From contig JBKAGP010000001.1 of the NCBI GenBank assembly GCA_046290465.1, positions 4,416,001-4,480,000 of the forward strand: 64,000 nt of DNA, in the 5' to 3' direction. Numbering within the stretch: the first letter of the stretch is position 1; every line of letters starts with the position of its first letter. This DNA comes from Planctomycetota bacterium. GTDB taxonomy: Bacteria; Planctomycetota; UBA1135; UBA2386. Both the position numbers and the translations under genes were made by a program. Below are positions 50,322 to 59,437 of this stretch, one piece after another. Below the pieces are notes generated by a model. That model made no database searches. It saw nothing but the letters and a program-made list of their open reading frames with translations, and was not told where the DNA came from.

Positions 50322-50709
50322 CGAAACCTCCGTTGGTCGTGGCCTTGGCGGCCATCCATTGCTCCTTGGCCGCGACGCGGCGCAGCTTCTCGGCTGCCTC
50401 CCGGTCGGGCTCGATCGCGCCGTGGCGCTCCATGTCGGCCATCAGCGACGACGCGATGCCGATGCCGCCCGAGCGGGCGAGTTCGTTCGCGACGTTCTGG
50501 TCGAACCAGCCGGCGTAGGTGTCCGCGCCGGGTCCCTTGCCGAACATGCCGCCCTCGCCGCCGAGCGAAGAGGTCGAGCGCAGCGCGCCGACCAGCGTCT
50601 TGACGAACACGGCCTCGAACTGGTTCGCGACCTTCTCCGCCTTGCTGCGCTCGTTCTGCGCCGCGTCCTGCGGCTTGAGCGACATCGTCTCGATGGCGAG
50701 GGTGTCCAT
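50308..50709 (-). CDS. flgJ: Rod-binding FlgJ-like protein (no muramidase domain)
   Basis: VANQFEAVFV...DTY..WFDQ.VA..LA..GGIGIA; 133 aa. Confidence 0.82.
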   Translation of the reverse strand: MDTLAIETMSLKPQDAAQNERSKAEKVANQFEAVFVKTLVGALRSTSSLGGEGGMFGKGPGADTYAGWFDQNVANELARSGGIGIASSLMADMERHGAIEPDREAAEKLRRVAAKEQWMAAKATTNGGFDVVL

Positions 50710-51974
50710 CACTGCACCTCCAGATCGGCGTGCAGGAAGCCGCCCTGGTCGAGGGCGACGAACACCTGCACGAGCTGCGCTGGCGTCAGGCCGAGCGCCT
50801 TCAGGTTCTGCAGCAGGTCTGCGACCGTGGCCCCGCCGCCGCCGATCGGCTGCAGCTCGGTGCTGTTGGTCTGGGCCTCGACGCGCGATCGCCCGACGCG
50901 TTCGGTCGTGCCCTGCGCGAGCGCGTTGGGCTGCGACACGAAGTCCTCCTCGACGATGGCGATGGTCAGCTCGCTGAGGCCGACGACGCACGGGCTGATC
51001 AGCACGCCCTCGCCGGCCAGCACGGTGCCGCTGGTCTGGTCGATGGTGACCTTGGTCGGGTTCTCGACGGCGACGCGCACGTTGCCGATCAGGCCGAGCA
51101 CCTGCATGGCGTTCTCGCTGGTGCGCTGCTCGAACGGCATCTCGATGCGAACCAGCGACGGGTCGACCGCCGAGATCTTCATGCCCATGCCGGCCAGCGC
51201 GGTGGTCACGCCGCTGGCGACCGACGACGAGTTGAACGGGCTCGGGTTGAGCAGGCGCAGCTCGAGCGCGCCCGACTCGCTGAAGAACGACGACTCCATC
51301 GGTCGCACGACCAGGCCGCCGTTGAGCAGGTGCGCGGTCGCGTTGGGGTTCTTCTGCACCGACGCGTTCTGGCCCTTGGCGGTGAAGCCCGCGACCGTCA
51401 GCGGCCCCATCGCGACGACGTAGTCCTGGCCGTCGACGCCGCGCAGCACGGCGCGCAGCAGCTGGCCGCCGCGCAGCGACTGCGCGTCGCTCAGCACCTG
51501 GCACTTGACGTCGAGGCGCGTGCCTTCCTTGGCGAACGGCGGCAGCTCACAGGTCAGCGAGACCAGCGCGGTGGTACCGCCGGTGACGTCGCCGATCGTC
51601 AGGTTGAGGTCGTGCTGCTTGATGAAGTTGAGGATCGCCTGCCGGGTGCCGCGGTCGCTGGCGCCCTGGCCCGGCACCAGGCCGGAGACCAGGCCGACGC
51701 CGGTCAGCATGTGCGGCATCATGTTGGCGACCTTGGTGACGCTGCTGATGCGCGGCGACAGCACGGTCTGGCCGAGGCGGTTGAGGCGCACCGGCGCGAG
51801 CGGGCTGATCGTCGGCTCCTGCGTCGGAGCAGGCGCGGGCAGCGGCGTGCCGGTCGGGTCCTGGTTCGTCAGCGGCGTCTGCGGCTGGCCGCCGGTCGGC
51901 GCCTGCGCCACCGCGAACGTCGTCAGCAACGTCGCGAGCGAGCAGCGAATCTTGTCGGCGAAGGTAAAGCGCAT
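50709..51974 (-). CDS. flgI: Flagellar P-ring protein
   Basis: LTGVGLVSGL, LPPFAKEG, SLRGGQL, TSGTVLAG, L.ALG.TP..LVQ...G.LHADL. Confidence 0.93.
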   Translation of the reverse strand: MRFTFADKIRCSLATLLTTFAVAQAPTGGQPQTPLTNQDPTGTPLPAPAPTQEPTISPLAPVRLNRLGQTVLSPRISSVTKVANMMPHMLTGVGLVSGLVPGQGASDRGTRQAILNFIKQHDLNLTIGDVTGGTTALVSLTCELPPFAKEGTRLDVKCQVLSDAQSLRGGQLLRAVLRGVDGQDYVVAMGPLTVAGFTAKGQNASVQKNPNATAHLLNGGLVVRPMESSFFSESGALELRLLNPSPFNSSSVASGVTTALAGMGMKISAVDPSLVRIEMPFEQRTSENAMQVLGLIGNVRVAVENPTKVTIDQTSGTVLAGEGVLISPCVVGLSELTIAIVEEDFVSQPNALAQGTTERVGRSRVEAQTNSTELQPIGGGGATVADLLQNLKALGLTPAQLVQVFVALDQGGFLHADLEVQ

Positions 51975-51992
51975 CGTCGTTCCTCCGAGGAT

Positions 51993-52619
51993 CTAGAAGG
52001 GCCACGCGGCCCAGACCAGCGTGTCGAAGAGTTGCCCGATCGGGCCGCGGGTGACCTGACGCGTGTTGGCGCCTTCGCCGGTGATCGCGATGCGGGCGTC
52101 GGCGACCATCGCGCTGCCGATGGTGTTGGCGGGGGTGACGTCGAGCGGGCGGACCAGGCCGCTGATGCGCAGCGTGCGGGTCTCGTCGTTGAGCTTGACC
52201 GAGCGCGTGCCGGCGACGACCAGGTTGCCGTTGGGCTGCACGTCGAGCACCACCACGGCGATGCTGGCGCGCACGTCGCTGTTGGTGTTCTGCTTGGCCT
52301 CGCCGTTGAAGTCCTGCTCCTTGCGGATGTCGATGCGCGGCAGGATGTTCTCGTTGAACGTCTTGTTGCTCAGCGAGTAGGCCTCGAGACGCGCGGCCAG
52401 CGAGGTGTCGTTGCGGCGCTCGACCTTCTCCTCGTTGCGGACCTGCGTCTGCTCCTGGATCATCACGGTCAGGATGTCGCCGACGTGGCGGGCGCGCTGG
52501 TCGGCGATCGACGCGATGCGCACGCCGGCTTTGCGGTAGGGGTTCTGGGCCGCGACGTTCGCGGCGAGGGCGCCGACGCAGAGCGCGAGCGTGAGGGTCT
52601 TGCTCAGGGTGAAGGTCAT
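51993..52619 (-). CDS. flgH: Flagellar L-ring protein
   Basis: D.RA..VGDILTV.I.E, V.PNGNL.V.G, SGLVRP.D....NTI.S..VADARI. Confidence 0.92.
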   Translation of the reverse strand: MTFTLSKTLTLALCVGALAANVAAQNPYRKAGVRIASIADQRARHVGDILTVMIQEQTQVRNEEKVERRNDTSLAARLEAYSLSNKTFNENILPRIDIRKEQDFNGEAKQNTNSDVRASIAVVVLDVQPNGNLVVAGTRSVKLNDETRTLRISGLVRPLDVTPANTIGSAMVADARIAITGEGANTRQVTRGPIGQLFDTLVWAAWPF

Positions 52620-52627
52620 GGTGGGCT

Positions 52628-53593
52628 CTACGGGTTGACGACGACCAGGCCGGGGCCGTGCACGACGCCGGTCATCTGGGTGCGGGAGTTCATGTTGGTC
52701 AGGCGGATGCGGCCGGCCAGCGGCGCGTCCTCGTTGGCCATCGCCTTGGCGGTGACCTTGACGCGACCGCGCGTCAGCACGACCGTGACGATGTCGCCCT
52801 TGCGGATGACGGCCGGCGGCGCGATGTCGCCGAGCGTCAGGCGCTGGTTGGGGCGCAGGTTCTTGCGCGCGGTCATGCCGGCGATCTGGTCCATGCGGGC
52901 CAGGAACAGGCCGGACGACTGCGCCATCGGCTCGCGCGCGATGACGATGTTGTCGGGGCCGAGCGGCTGGTCCTTGGCGATGGTGCCGGTGGTCTTCAGC
53001 ACCTGGTGGAAGCGCTGCAGCTTGTAGCGCAGCGGCACCTTCTTGAAGAGCTCGCCGTCGACCAGGATCTCGACGTCGACGATCGCCGACGTCAGGTTGG
53101 TCTTGGTGCCGCGCACGCGGGCGCGCAGGTCCTGGCTGACGCGGCCCGGCGGCGCCTTCATGCGGCGTACGCGGATCGGCGCCTCGAACTCGACGTCGCC
53201 GCCTTCGATCGCCAGCTGCGCCTGCAGCGCGGCGGTCGCCGAGTCGAGCATGTCCTGCTGCGGCACGTCGACCGACAGACCCTGAACGACGACTTCGTTG
53301 CCGCCTGACAGCTTGACCGTCTTGAGCTGCACGCCGGCCGCGGCGAGCGCCTGGATCACGTCGGTGCGCGAGACGGCGCGCGAGAAGCCGTTGACCGGCG
53401 CGGGGCCGAACCGGATCTGGCTGATCGCGAGCGTCTGCGCGTTGGTCGGGGTGATCTCGCAGAGATCGCCGATCGTGACGTGCAGACCGCGAACGGTCGT
53501 GGCCGGCTTGATGCGCAGGTCGGGCTGCGCCGGCGGATCGTCGCCGCCGCCGCCGCTTAGCACGCAGACCGTCAAGATGGTGAGCAGGTTCAT
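52628..53593 (-). CDS. flgA: P-ring formation chaperone FlgA
   Basis: SAF-like region and VIRKGDIVTV...A.A...IRLTN..S; located between flgG and flgH. Confidence 0.88.
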   Translation of the reverse strand: MNLLTILTVCVLSGGGGDDPPAQPDLRIKPATTVRGLHVTIGDLCEITPTNAQTLAISQIRFGPAPVNGFSRAVSRTDVIQALAAAGVQLKTVKLSGGNEVVVQGLSVDVPQQDMLDSATAALQAQLAIEGGDVEFEAPIRVRRMKAPPGRVSQDLRARVRGTKTNLTSAIVDVEILVDGELFKKVPLRYKLQRFHQVLKTTGTIAKDQPLGPDNIVIAREPMAQSSGLFLARMDQIAGMTARKNLRPNQRLTLGDIAPPAVIRKGDIVTVVLTRGRVKVTAKAMANEDAPLAGRIRLTNMNSRTQMTGVVHGPGLVVVNP

Positions 53594-53615
53594 GGTCGTT
53601 CTCCTTGGTTCGCGA

Positions 53616-54410
53616 TCAGCGCGACAGGTTGGTGGCCGTGGACAGCATCTGGTCGGATGCCTGGATCGCGCGGCTGTTCACCTCGTAGGCGCGCTGCGCG
53701 ACGATCAGGTTGACCAGCTCGTTGACGATCTGGACGTTGGAGCGCTCGATGAAGCCCTGCTTGAGCAGGCCGAGGCCGTTGCTGCCCGGCGTGCCGGTGG
53801 TCGGTTGGCCCGACGCCTCGGTCGGACGCATCACGTTGGCGCCGACCGCGAGCATGCCGCTCGGGTTGATGAAGCGGTGGATGTTGAGCTGGCCGAACTG
53901 CGTCGACGTGTCGGGCGAGCCGGCGGTCCGACCGCTGACGCGGCCTTCCGGGTCGATCGAGATCTCGAGCAGGTCGGACGGCACCGTGACTTCGGGCGTC
54001 AGGATGTTGCCCGCGCCGGTGACCAGCTTGCCGTCGGCGTTGAGGTGGAAGTTGCCGTCGCGGGTGTAGCCGGTCGAACCGTCCGGGAGGATGACCGAGA
54101 AGAAGCCGTCGCCGTCGACGGCGACGTCGAGGCTGCGCTCGGTGATCTCGAGCGTGCCGGTCGTGAACACCTTGGTGGTGCCGTTGAGGCGCGTGCCGGA
54201 GCCGATCTGGGTGCCGATCGGCACCGCGGCGTCGCCGGCGCCGCGCGCCAGGCCCGGCGACTGCAGCGTGACGTAGAAGAGGTCTTCGAAGGACGCCTGC
54301 GACTTCTTGAAGCCGGACGTGTTCACGTTCGCGATGTTGTTCGCGATCATGTCGACCATGGTCTGCTGGGCCTTCATGCCCGTGGCGGTCGTGTAGAGGC
54401 TCTTGAGCAT
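53616..54410 (-). CDS. flgG: Flagellar distal rod protein
   Basis: SLYTTATGM.AQQ...IANNIANVNT.GFKK, YTRDGNF, SNV..V.ELV.LI.AQRAYE.NS. Confidence 0.96.
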   Translation of the reverse strand: MLKSLYTTATGMKAQQTMVDMIANNIANVNTSGFKKSQASFEDLFYVTLQSPGLARGAGDAAVPIGTQIGSGTRLNGTTKVFTTGTLEITERSLDVAVDGDGFFSVILPDGSTGYTRDGNFHLNADGKLVTGAGNILTPEVTVPSDLLEISIDPEGRVSGRTAGSPDTSTQFGQLNIHRFINPSGMLAVGANVMRPTEASGQPTTGTPGSNGLGLLKQGFIERSNVQIVNELVNLIVAQRAYEVNSRAIQASDQMLSTATNLSR

Positions 54411-54417
54411 CTCGGGG

Positions 54418-55158
54418 TTACCTCAACATCTGGGTGATCATGTTTTCCTGGAGCTTGTTCACGCCCGTAAGGGCCCGTTGGGTGGCCGAGAAGCCGCGTT
54501 CGACGGTGATCATCGCGACGAGCTCCTGCAGGCTGTCGACGTTGCTGCCTTCCAGGTAACCCTGCTGCAGTCCGTCGGCGGCTTGCTTGCCTTGTTGGTT
54601 GGTGGGGTCGACGTAGAGGCTCTTGCCGATCGGGATCAGCGCGTGCGGGTCGTCGAGTTCGACCATCGCCAGCGGGCCCCATTGCTGGCCGCTGCTCGGG
54701 TCGCTGATGGTGCCGTTGGGCGAGAACGCCAGGTCGGTCGGCGTGGCGTCGCCGGCGCCGAGCTGGATCGGCAGGCCGTCCTTGTTGAGCACGCGCAGTC
54801 CGTCGCGCGTGGTCAGGTGGCCGTCGGTCGCGATCTGCAGCTGGCCGTTGCGGGTGTAGAACGAGCGGCCGGTGCCGTTCTGCACGCGCAGCCACTGGTC
54901 GCCGGCGATCGCGACGTCGAAGCGGTTGCCGGTCTCCTTGAGCGAGCCGCGCTGCATGTCGGACTGCTCGACGTAGTCGACCGCCGACAGCTCGCGGTCG
55001 AGCAGCGAGTGGAACCGGTTGCCGGTGTCCTGCGCGATCGCCGCACGACGCTTGAAGCTGGTCGTGTCGACGTTCGCCAGGTTGTTGGCGATGGCCGCCT
55101 GCTTCTCCGCGAGGAAGGTCAGGCCGCGCACCAGGGTGTTCTCTGCGTATCCGGTCAC
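54418..55158 (-). CDS. flgF: Flagellar proximal rod protein (FlgF-type)
   Basis: IANNLANVDT..FK, ETGN.FDVAI, YTRNG, QGYLEGSNV; located between flgE and flgG. Confidence 0.85.
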   Translation of the reverse strand: MTGYAENTLVRGLTFLAEKQAAIANNLANVDTTSFKRRAAIAQDTGNRFHSLLDRELSAVDYVEQSDMQRGSLKETGNRFDVAIAGDQWLRVQNGTGRSFYTRNGQLQIATDGHLTTRDGLRVLNKDGLPIQLGAGDATPTDLAFSPNGTISDPSSGQQWGPLAMVELDDPHALIPIGKSLYVDPTNQQGKQAADGLQQGYLEGSNVDSLQELVAMITVERGFSATQRALTGVNKLQENMITQMLR

Positions 55159-55160
55159 GA

Positions 55161-57149
55161 CTACCTCACGATGTTCATGAGTTCCGAGAGGATCTCGTCG
55201 GTGGTCGTGATGACCCGGGAGTTGGCCTGGAAGCCGCGCTGGGCCTCGATCAGGTTGACGAACTCCTGGGCGATGTCGACGTTGCTGTTCTCGAGCTGGC
55301 CCGCCCGGACGGTGCCGGCGCCGGCCGCGTTGGCGGTCGTCGCGATGGCGTCGTCCGAGTTGGGCGACTCGACGAACAGCGTGTCCCCCTGACGGACCAG
55401 GCCGCCCTCGTTGCTGAACATGCTGATGCGCAGCTGCTCGAGCACCTGGCTCTGGCCGTTGCTGTAGAAGCCGACCAGTTCGCCGCTGTTGTTGAAGCCG
55501 ACGTTGAGCAGCGAGCCGGCGCCGAAGCCGTCCTGGTCGACCGCCGCGACTGTGGTCGCGTTGCCGAGCATCGCGATGCCGTCGAACTGACCCGACGTGC
55601 CCAGGTCGACGGTGACGTTCTGCGCCTGCGCGATGCCGTTCCACGCGAACGACAGCTGGTTGGTGCCGCCGCCGATGACGTTGAACGAACCGTCGTTGTT
55701 GAAGCGGATCTGGCCGATCGAGCCCTGCGTGATCGTGCCCTCGTTGCTGTCGATCTCCGCCTGCATATCCCAGATCGTCGAGTCCTGGGTGTTGCGCGTG
55801 AACGTCATCGTGACCGGGTGCGTGCGCCCCTGGCTGTCGACGACGTCGATCGAGGTGACCGCGGTGTCCGGGCCGGTGCCCTGCTGCGCGACCTCGAAGC
55901 TCGGCCAGCTGGCGCCGCCGGTGTTGCCCGAGACGTCGCCGATGAACAGGCTCATCTCGGCCTCTTCCTTGTCGGTGGCGGTCAGCTGGATGTTGCCGTC
56001 CGGCGTCAGCGACGCGGTCGCCTGGTTCGAGTCGATGGTGTTGTTGATGAACGTGATCAGCTCGGCGAGCGTGGTGCCGTCCTGGTTGCCGACGCCGGCC
56101 GTGCCGTAGACGAACGTGTCCGAGAACGCCGTGCCGTCCGGGTTGGTGCCGCTGATCGTGATCGCCTCACCGGTCTGGTAGGGCGCCGTGCGCGCGGTCA
56201 GCTCGTTGAGGTCGGTGGCGCCGACGGCGACCGCCTCGGTGCCGGACTCGAGCGTGGTGTTGATGCCGAGCGTCTGCAGCAGGCTCGACGACGACGAGCC
56301 GTTGTCGAACTTGATCGTCGCGCTCGAGCCGAGTTGCACGGTGTCGACCGTGACCGTGCCGGCGACGTCGTCGCCGGTCGCGTTGATGCCGTTGAGGTTG
56401 GCGTTGAGCCACGTCGCGACCTCCGACGGCAGCGTCGGGCCCGGCGTGAACGGCGCCGCGTTGGGCACCTGGATGCTCTGCTGGGCGCCGCCGTTGACCG
56501 ACACCAGCATGGTCTCGCCGACGTTGCCTGACAGGTCGAACGACGGCGCGCTGGCACCGGTCGCGGTCGCCGTCTTGGTCGCGGCGGTGCCCGAGTTGAG
56601 CGGCACGTTCGACTCGACGATCTCCTCGAGCGGGCCACCGACCTCGGCCGGCAGGCTGCCCTGGAACGCCACCGAGGTGGTCGCCTGCGCCGGCAACGTG
56701 TCCGACGTCGGCACCGTGATGTTGCCGCCCGAAGCGCTGACGACCCGCAGGCCGGTGCGCAGGTCGACCAGCGAACGGTTGGCGTCGATGCCGAACGAGC
56801 CGACGCGCGAGTAGAACGTCTGCGAGCCGTTGGTCATCGTGAAGAAGCCGCGACCCTGCAGCGCGACGTCCATCGAGCGGCCGGTGTCCTGCAGCGTGCC
56901 CTGGCTGGTGTCGGTGTCGACCGACGCCATGAACGCGCCGGTGCCGATCTGCAGCGGGTTCTGGCCGCCGAAGTTGCCGTTGGGGCCGGATCCGGCACGC
57001 ACGGTGAAACTCAGGATGTCGCTGAACGTCGCCCGCGAACCGCGGAAGCCCGGCGTGCTGACGTTCGCCAGGTTGTTACCGATGACGTCGATGTAGGTCT
57101 GGTGGACGCGCAGTCCCGACAGGCCCGTGTAGAGTGCGGTGCTGACCAT
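55161..57149 (-). CDS. flgE: Flagellar hook protein
   Basis: IGNNLANVST.GF, DSQGRTH, LENSNVDIAQEFVNLI.AQRGFQANS; 662 aa with a large insertion. Confidence 0.95.
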   Translation of the reverse strand: MVSTALYTGLSGLRVHQTYIDVIGNNLANVSTPGFRGSRATFSDILSFTVRAGSGPNGNFGGQNPLQIGTGAFMASVDTDTSQGTLQDTGRSMDVALQGRGFFTMTNGSQTFYSRVGSFGIDANRSLVDLRTGLRVVSASGGNITVPTSDTLPAQATTSVAFQGSLPAEVGGPLEEIVESNVPLNSGTAATKTATATGASAPSFDLSGNVGETMLVSVNGGAQQSIQVPNAAPFTPGPTLPSEVATWLNANLNGINATGDDVAGTVTVDTVQLGSSATIKFDNGSSSSSLLQTLGINTTLESGTEAVAVGATDLNELTARTAPYQTGEAITISGTNPDGTAFSDTFVYGTAGVGNQDGTTLAELITFINNTIDSNQATASLTPDGNIQLTATDKEEAEMSLFIGDVSGNTGGASWPSFEVAQQGTGPDTAVTSIDVVDSQGRTHPVTMTFTRNTQDSTIWDMQAEIDSNEGTITQGSIGQIRFNNDGSFNVIGGGTNQLSFAWNGIAQAQNVTVDLGTSGQFDGIAMLGNATTVAAVDQDGFGAGSLLNVGFNNSGELVGFYSNGQSQVLEQLRISMFSNEGGLVRQGDTLFVESPNSDDAIATTANAAGAGTVRAGQLENSNVDIAQEFVNLIEAQRGFQANSRVITTTDEILSELMNIVR

Positions 57150-57189
57150 TGGTGGGTGTGCTCTCGGTGGTTGTCAGATGAGGTCGCTG

Positions 57190-57633
57190 CTACTGCGCGG
57201 CGGTGATGCCGAGCACCGAGCGCATGTCGATCTCGTCGCCGCCCTCGAGGCGCAGCCGCACGTCGCCGGTCTCCGCGACGAACACGCTGGTCACCTTGTC
57301 GGAGCCGGTGCTGCCGTCCTCGGCGAGGTACTCGACGCTCTGGCCGAGCAGCGCGCTGCCCTGGCTCAGGCCCTGAGTGCGCGCGAGCACGCCCTGGTAG
57401 TCGAGCAGCTTCAGCATGTTGCTGTTGAGCTCACGCTGCTCCTCCATGTTGGAGTAGCTCGCCATCTGCGTGTTGAAGCTCTCGCTGTCGACCGGCTCGA
57501 ACGGCGTCTGGTTGCGGAGCTGCTCGGTCAGCAGCTGCAGGAACTGGTTGTCGCCGTAGCTGGCCTCCTGCGTGCTGAGCACGCCGATGCCGCCGGTGTT
57601 GTTGAGGTTGTTGATGTTGAATGCGCTGTCCAT
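57190..57633 (-). CDS. flgD: Flagellar hook capping protein
   Basis: FLQLL.EQL.NQ.P.EP......QMA..S..E, LLGQSV. Confidence 0.9.
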   Translation of the reverse strand: MDSAFNINNLNNTGGIGVLSTQEASYGDNQFLQLLTEQLRNQTPFEPVDSESFNTQMASYSNMEEQRELNSNMLKLLDYQGVLARTQGLSQGSALLGQSVEYLAEDGSTGSDKVTSVFVAETGDVRLRLEGGDEIDMRSVLGITAAQ

Positions 57634-57644
57634 GGCTCGTTCCC

Positions 57645-58670
57645 CTATGCCCAGAAATCCAGTCCTTCTGCGGTGATGTAGCCGCGCTGTCGCGGTGCCG
57701 AGGCCGCGTCCTCGGCGAAGTCGTCGTGCGCGGCCGCGCCGGCGTCGCCCTGGGCGTCGCGTGCGGCCTGCTGCCGTTCGAAGTCCTCGCGCGTCTGCAC
57801 TTCGGCGCCAGTGACCTCGAGGCCGTTCTCCGCGAGCGTCGTCTTGAGCTCTTCGATGTGGCGCTGCAGCAGCTGCGCCATGTCGTTGCGCTCGGCGGCG
57901 ATCAACAGCGTCAGCTTGTTGCCGCCCTCGACGGTCATGCGGAGGTCGAGCTGGCCGAGCTCCGGCGGCTGCAGGCGCATGCGCATCTCGCCACCGTCGT
58001 CGTTCAGCTTCATCATGATCTGCTTGAAGACCGAGTCGCGCGCCTGCTCGAGCATCTGCATCGAGTGCGCGCTCTTGGTCGCGTAGCCGGTCTGCACGCT
58101 CGCCGCCTTCGGCGGGGTGCTGTTGGCGAACTGCGCGTTGGAGGCCCCGCGAACGGTCGGCTCGACGGCGCGTGCGGCGGCCGGTCCGGCCTGCTGCTGT
58201 GCCTGCGCGTTGGCGACGAGCGTCTGCTGGGTGCCGTGCTGCGCGTGGAACGCGGCGGTCATCAGCGGCTCGTTCTGCTGAGAAGAAGTGCGGGGAGAGT
58301 CGGTTCCTTTGCCGGCAGTCTTGTTCTGCTGCTCCGGCTCTCCCCGGCGAATGCTCTCGGTGACGTCGGCCTGCTCGTCGAGCGGCGCCGCCTCGGTGTC
58401 GTCGACGTCGGCGGCGGCGTCGGTCGGGTCGCTCTCGTCGGCGGCCCTGCTGGGCTCGATGTCGTCGACGTCGCGCTCGATCTGCTTGTCGGTCGGCGCC
58501 TCTTCGACGCGATCGGGAACCTCGGCCTCGACGTCGCTCGGCTCATTGGCAACGGAGTCACGCAGCAGCCGATCGAAGCGATCGTCCTGCTGGGGACGCA
58601 TGGAGGCCGCCACCGGGATCCCCATGGGGTCCGATTCGACACGACCTAGCTGGATGTTCGGAATCGCCAC
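57645..58670 (-). CDS. fliK: Flagellar hook-length control protein
   Basis: Acidic low-complexity N-terminus, then MRLQPPELGQL and LKTTLAENGL. GTG at 58670 chosen because it follows an AAAGGAGAG RBS. Confidence 0.9.
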   Translation of the reverse strand: MAIPNIQLGRVESDPMGIPVAASMRPQQDDRFDRLLRDSVANEPSDVEAEVPDRVEEAPTDKQIERDVDDIEPSRAADESDPTDAAADVDDTEAAPLDEQADVTESIRRGEPEQQNKTAGKGTDSPRTSSQQNEPLMTAAFHAQHGTQQTLVANAQAQQQAGPAAARAVEPTVRGASNAQFANSTPPKAASVQTGYATKSAHSMQMLEQARDSVFKQIMMKLNDDGGEMRMRLQPPELGQLDLRMTVEGGNKLTLLIAAERNDMAQLLQRHIEELKTTLAENGLEVTGAEVQTREDFERQQAARDAQGDAGAAAHDDFAEDAASAPRQRGYITAEGLDFWA

Positions 58671-58699
58671 AATGCTCTCCTTTGCCTGCACTTGGAGAG

Positions 58700-58716
58700 A
58701 GCACCGGGCGTGCCAA
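58700..58716 (-). promoter_or_regulatory. Sigma54 (-24/-12) promoter of the fliK-flg operon
   Basis: Minus strand reads TTGGCACGCCCGGTGCT versus consensus TGGCACG-N4-TTGCW. Confidence 0.75.
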
Positions 58717-58789
58717 GCGGATCCGCGGACGCGCTACCTACGGTGGCGCCGGCGAAACCGGCCCTCGGGGGAGCGATCTGGCGTGGGGG

Positions 58790-58849
58790 CGGCACGATCT
58801 GCCGATCCGGGGGGCGGCAGGATCTGCCGCAGCCGGCAGGATCTGCCGG
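58790..58849. promoter_or_regulatory. Three palindromes CGGCA-N5-TGCCG, candidate enhancer sites
   Basis: 58790-58804, 58815-58829 and 58834-58848, about 90-150 bp upstream of the sigma54 -12 element. Confidence 0.55.
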
Positions 58850-58903
58850 CCGCCGCGGACCGTCCGTTCGCTGCGTCGTTCGACACTTTTCGAGGTTCGC
58901 CTC

Positions 58904-58930
58904 TCAAGTCGTCGGGCGGCCTGCCGATGA
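58904..58930 (+). promoter_or_regulatory. Sigma28 (FliA) promoter of flgM
   Basis: TCAA-N15-GCCGATGA versus consensus TAAA-N15-GCCGATAA. Confidence 0.78.
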
Positions 58931-58962
58931 TCCTCTTGCACCACCCTTACGAGAGGTCGCAC

Positions 58963-59271
58963 ATGGACATCCGCAACGTAGGCAACCAGGGAAACGTCGA
59001 CCGCATCGGCGAGCGCAACAAGCGCACCGACGCGAAGCGCGCCGAGACGGCGCCGACCGTTCTCCGTGGTGACGACGCCACGATCAGCAACACCGGTCGC
59101 GAGACCGCCGCTGCCATCGAGCAGCTCACCGAGCGCGCGAAGTCGGACGACGGCGATCGCGACGCGCTCGTCGCCGCCGCCAGGCAGAAGCTGCTGTCCG
59201 GCGAACTCGACACGCCCGCGGTGTTCGCGGCGACGGCCAACCGCCTCGCCGAGCGCGGCTTCCTCAGCTAG
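58963..59271 (+). CDS. flgM: Anti-sigma28 factor FlgM-like
   Basis: 102 aa; MDI, D.ATIS..G, DR.ALV...RQKL.SGE pattern; GAGAGG RBS and sigma28 promoter upstream. Confidence 0.72.
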   Translation: MDIRNVGNQGNVDRIGERNKRTDAKRAETAPTVLRGDDATISNTGRETAAAIEQLTERAKSDDGDRDALVAAARQKLLSGELDTPAVFAATANRLAERGFLS

Positions 59272-59437
59272 CGGGCAAAGCCCCGTCCGCACGCGTACAC
59301 GCCGCTTCCGCGATCACGGTTGGCAGCGCGTCCACTACATGGACGCGCTCCTAGCGGGCAAAGCCCCGTCCGCACGCGTACACGCCGCTTCCGCGATCAC
59401 GGTCGGCAGCGCGTCCACTACATGGACGCGCTCCTAG
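59268..59437. repeat. Tandem dimer of the 83-bp CTAG-bounded element (copies 2 and 3)
   Basis: CTAG at 59268, 59351 and 59434 (83-bp period); units differ from copy 1 by 1-2 nt. Confidence 0.93.

Noticed and set aside
59268..59437. Possible CRISPR array
   Set aside because: Units are near-identical over the full 83 bp with no unique spacers, and no cas genes are present.
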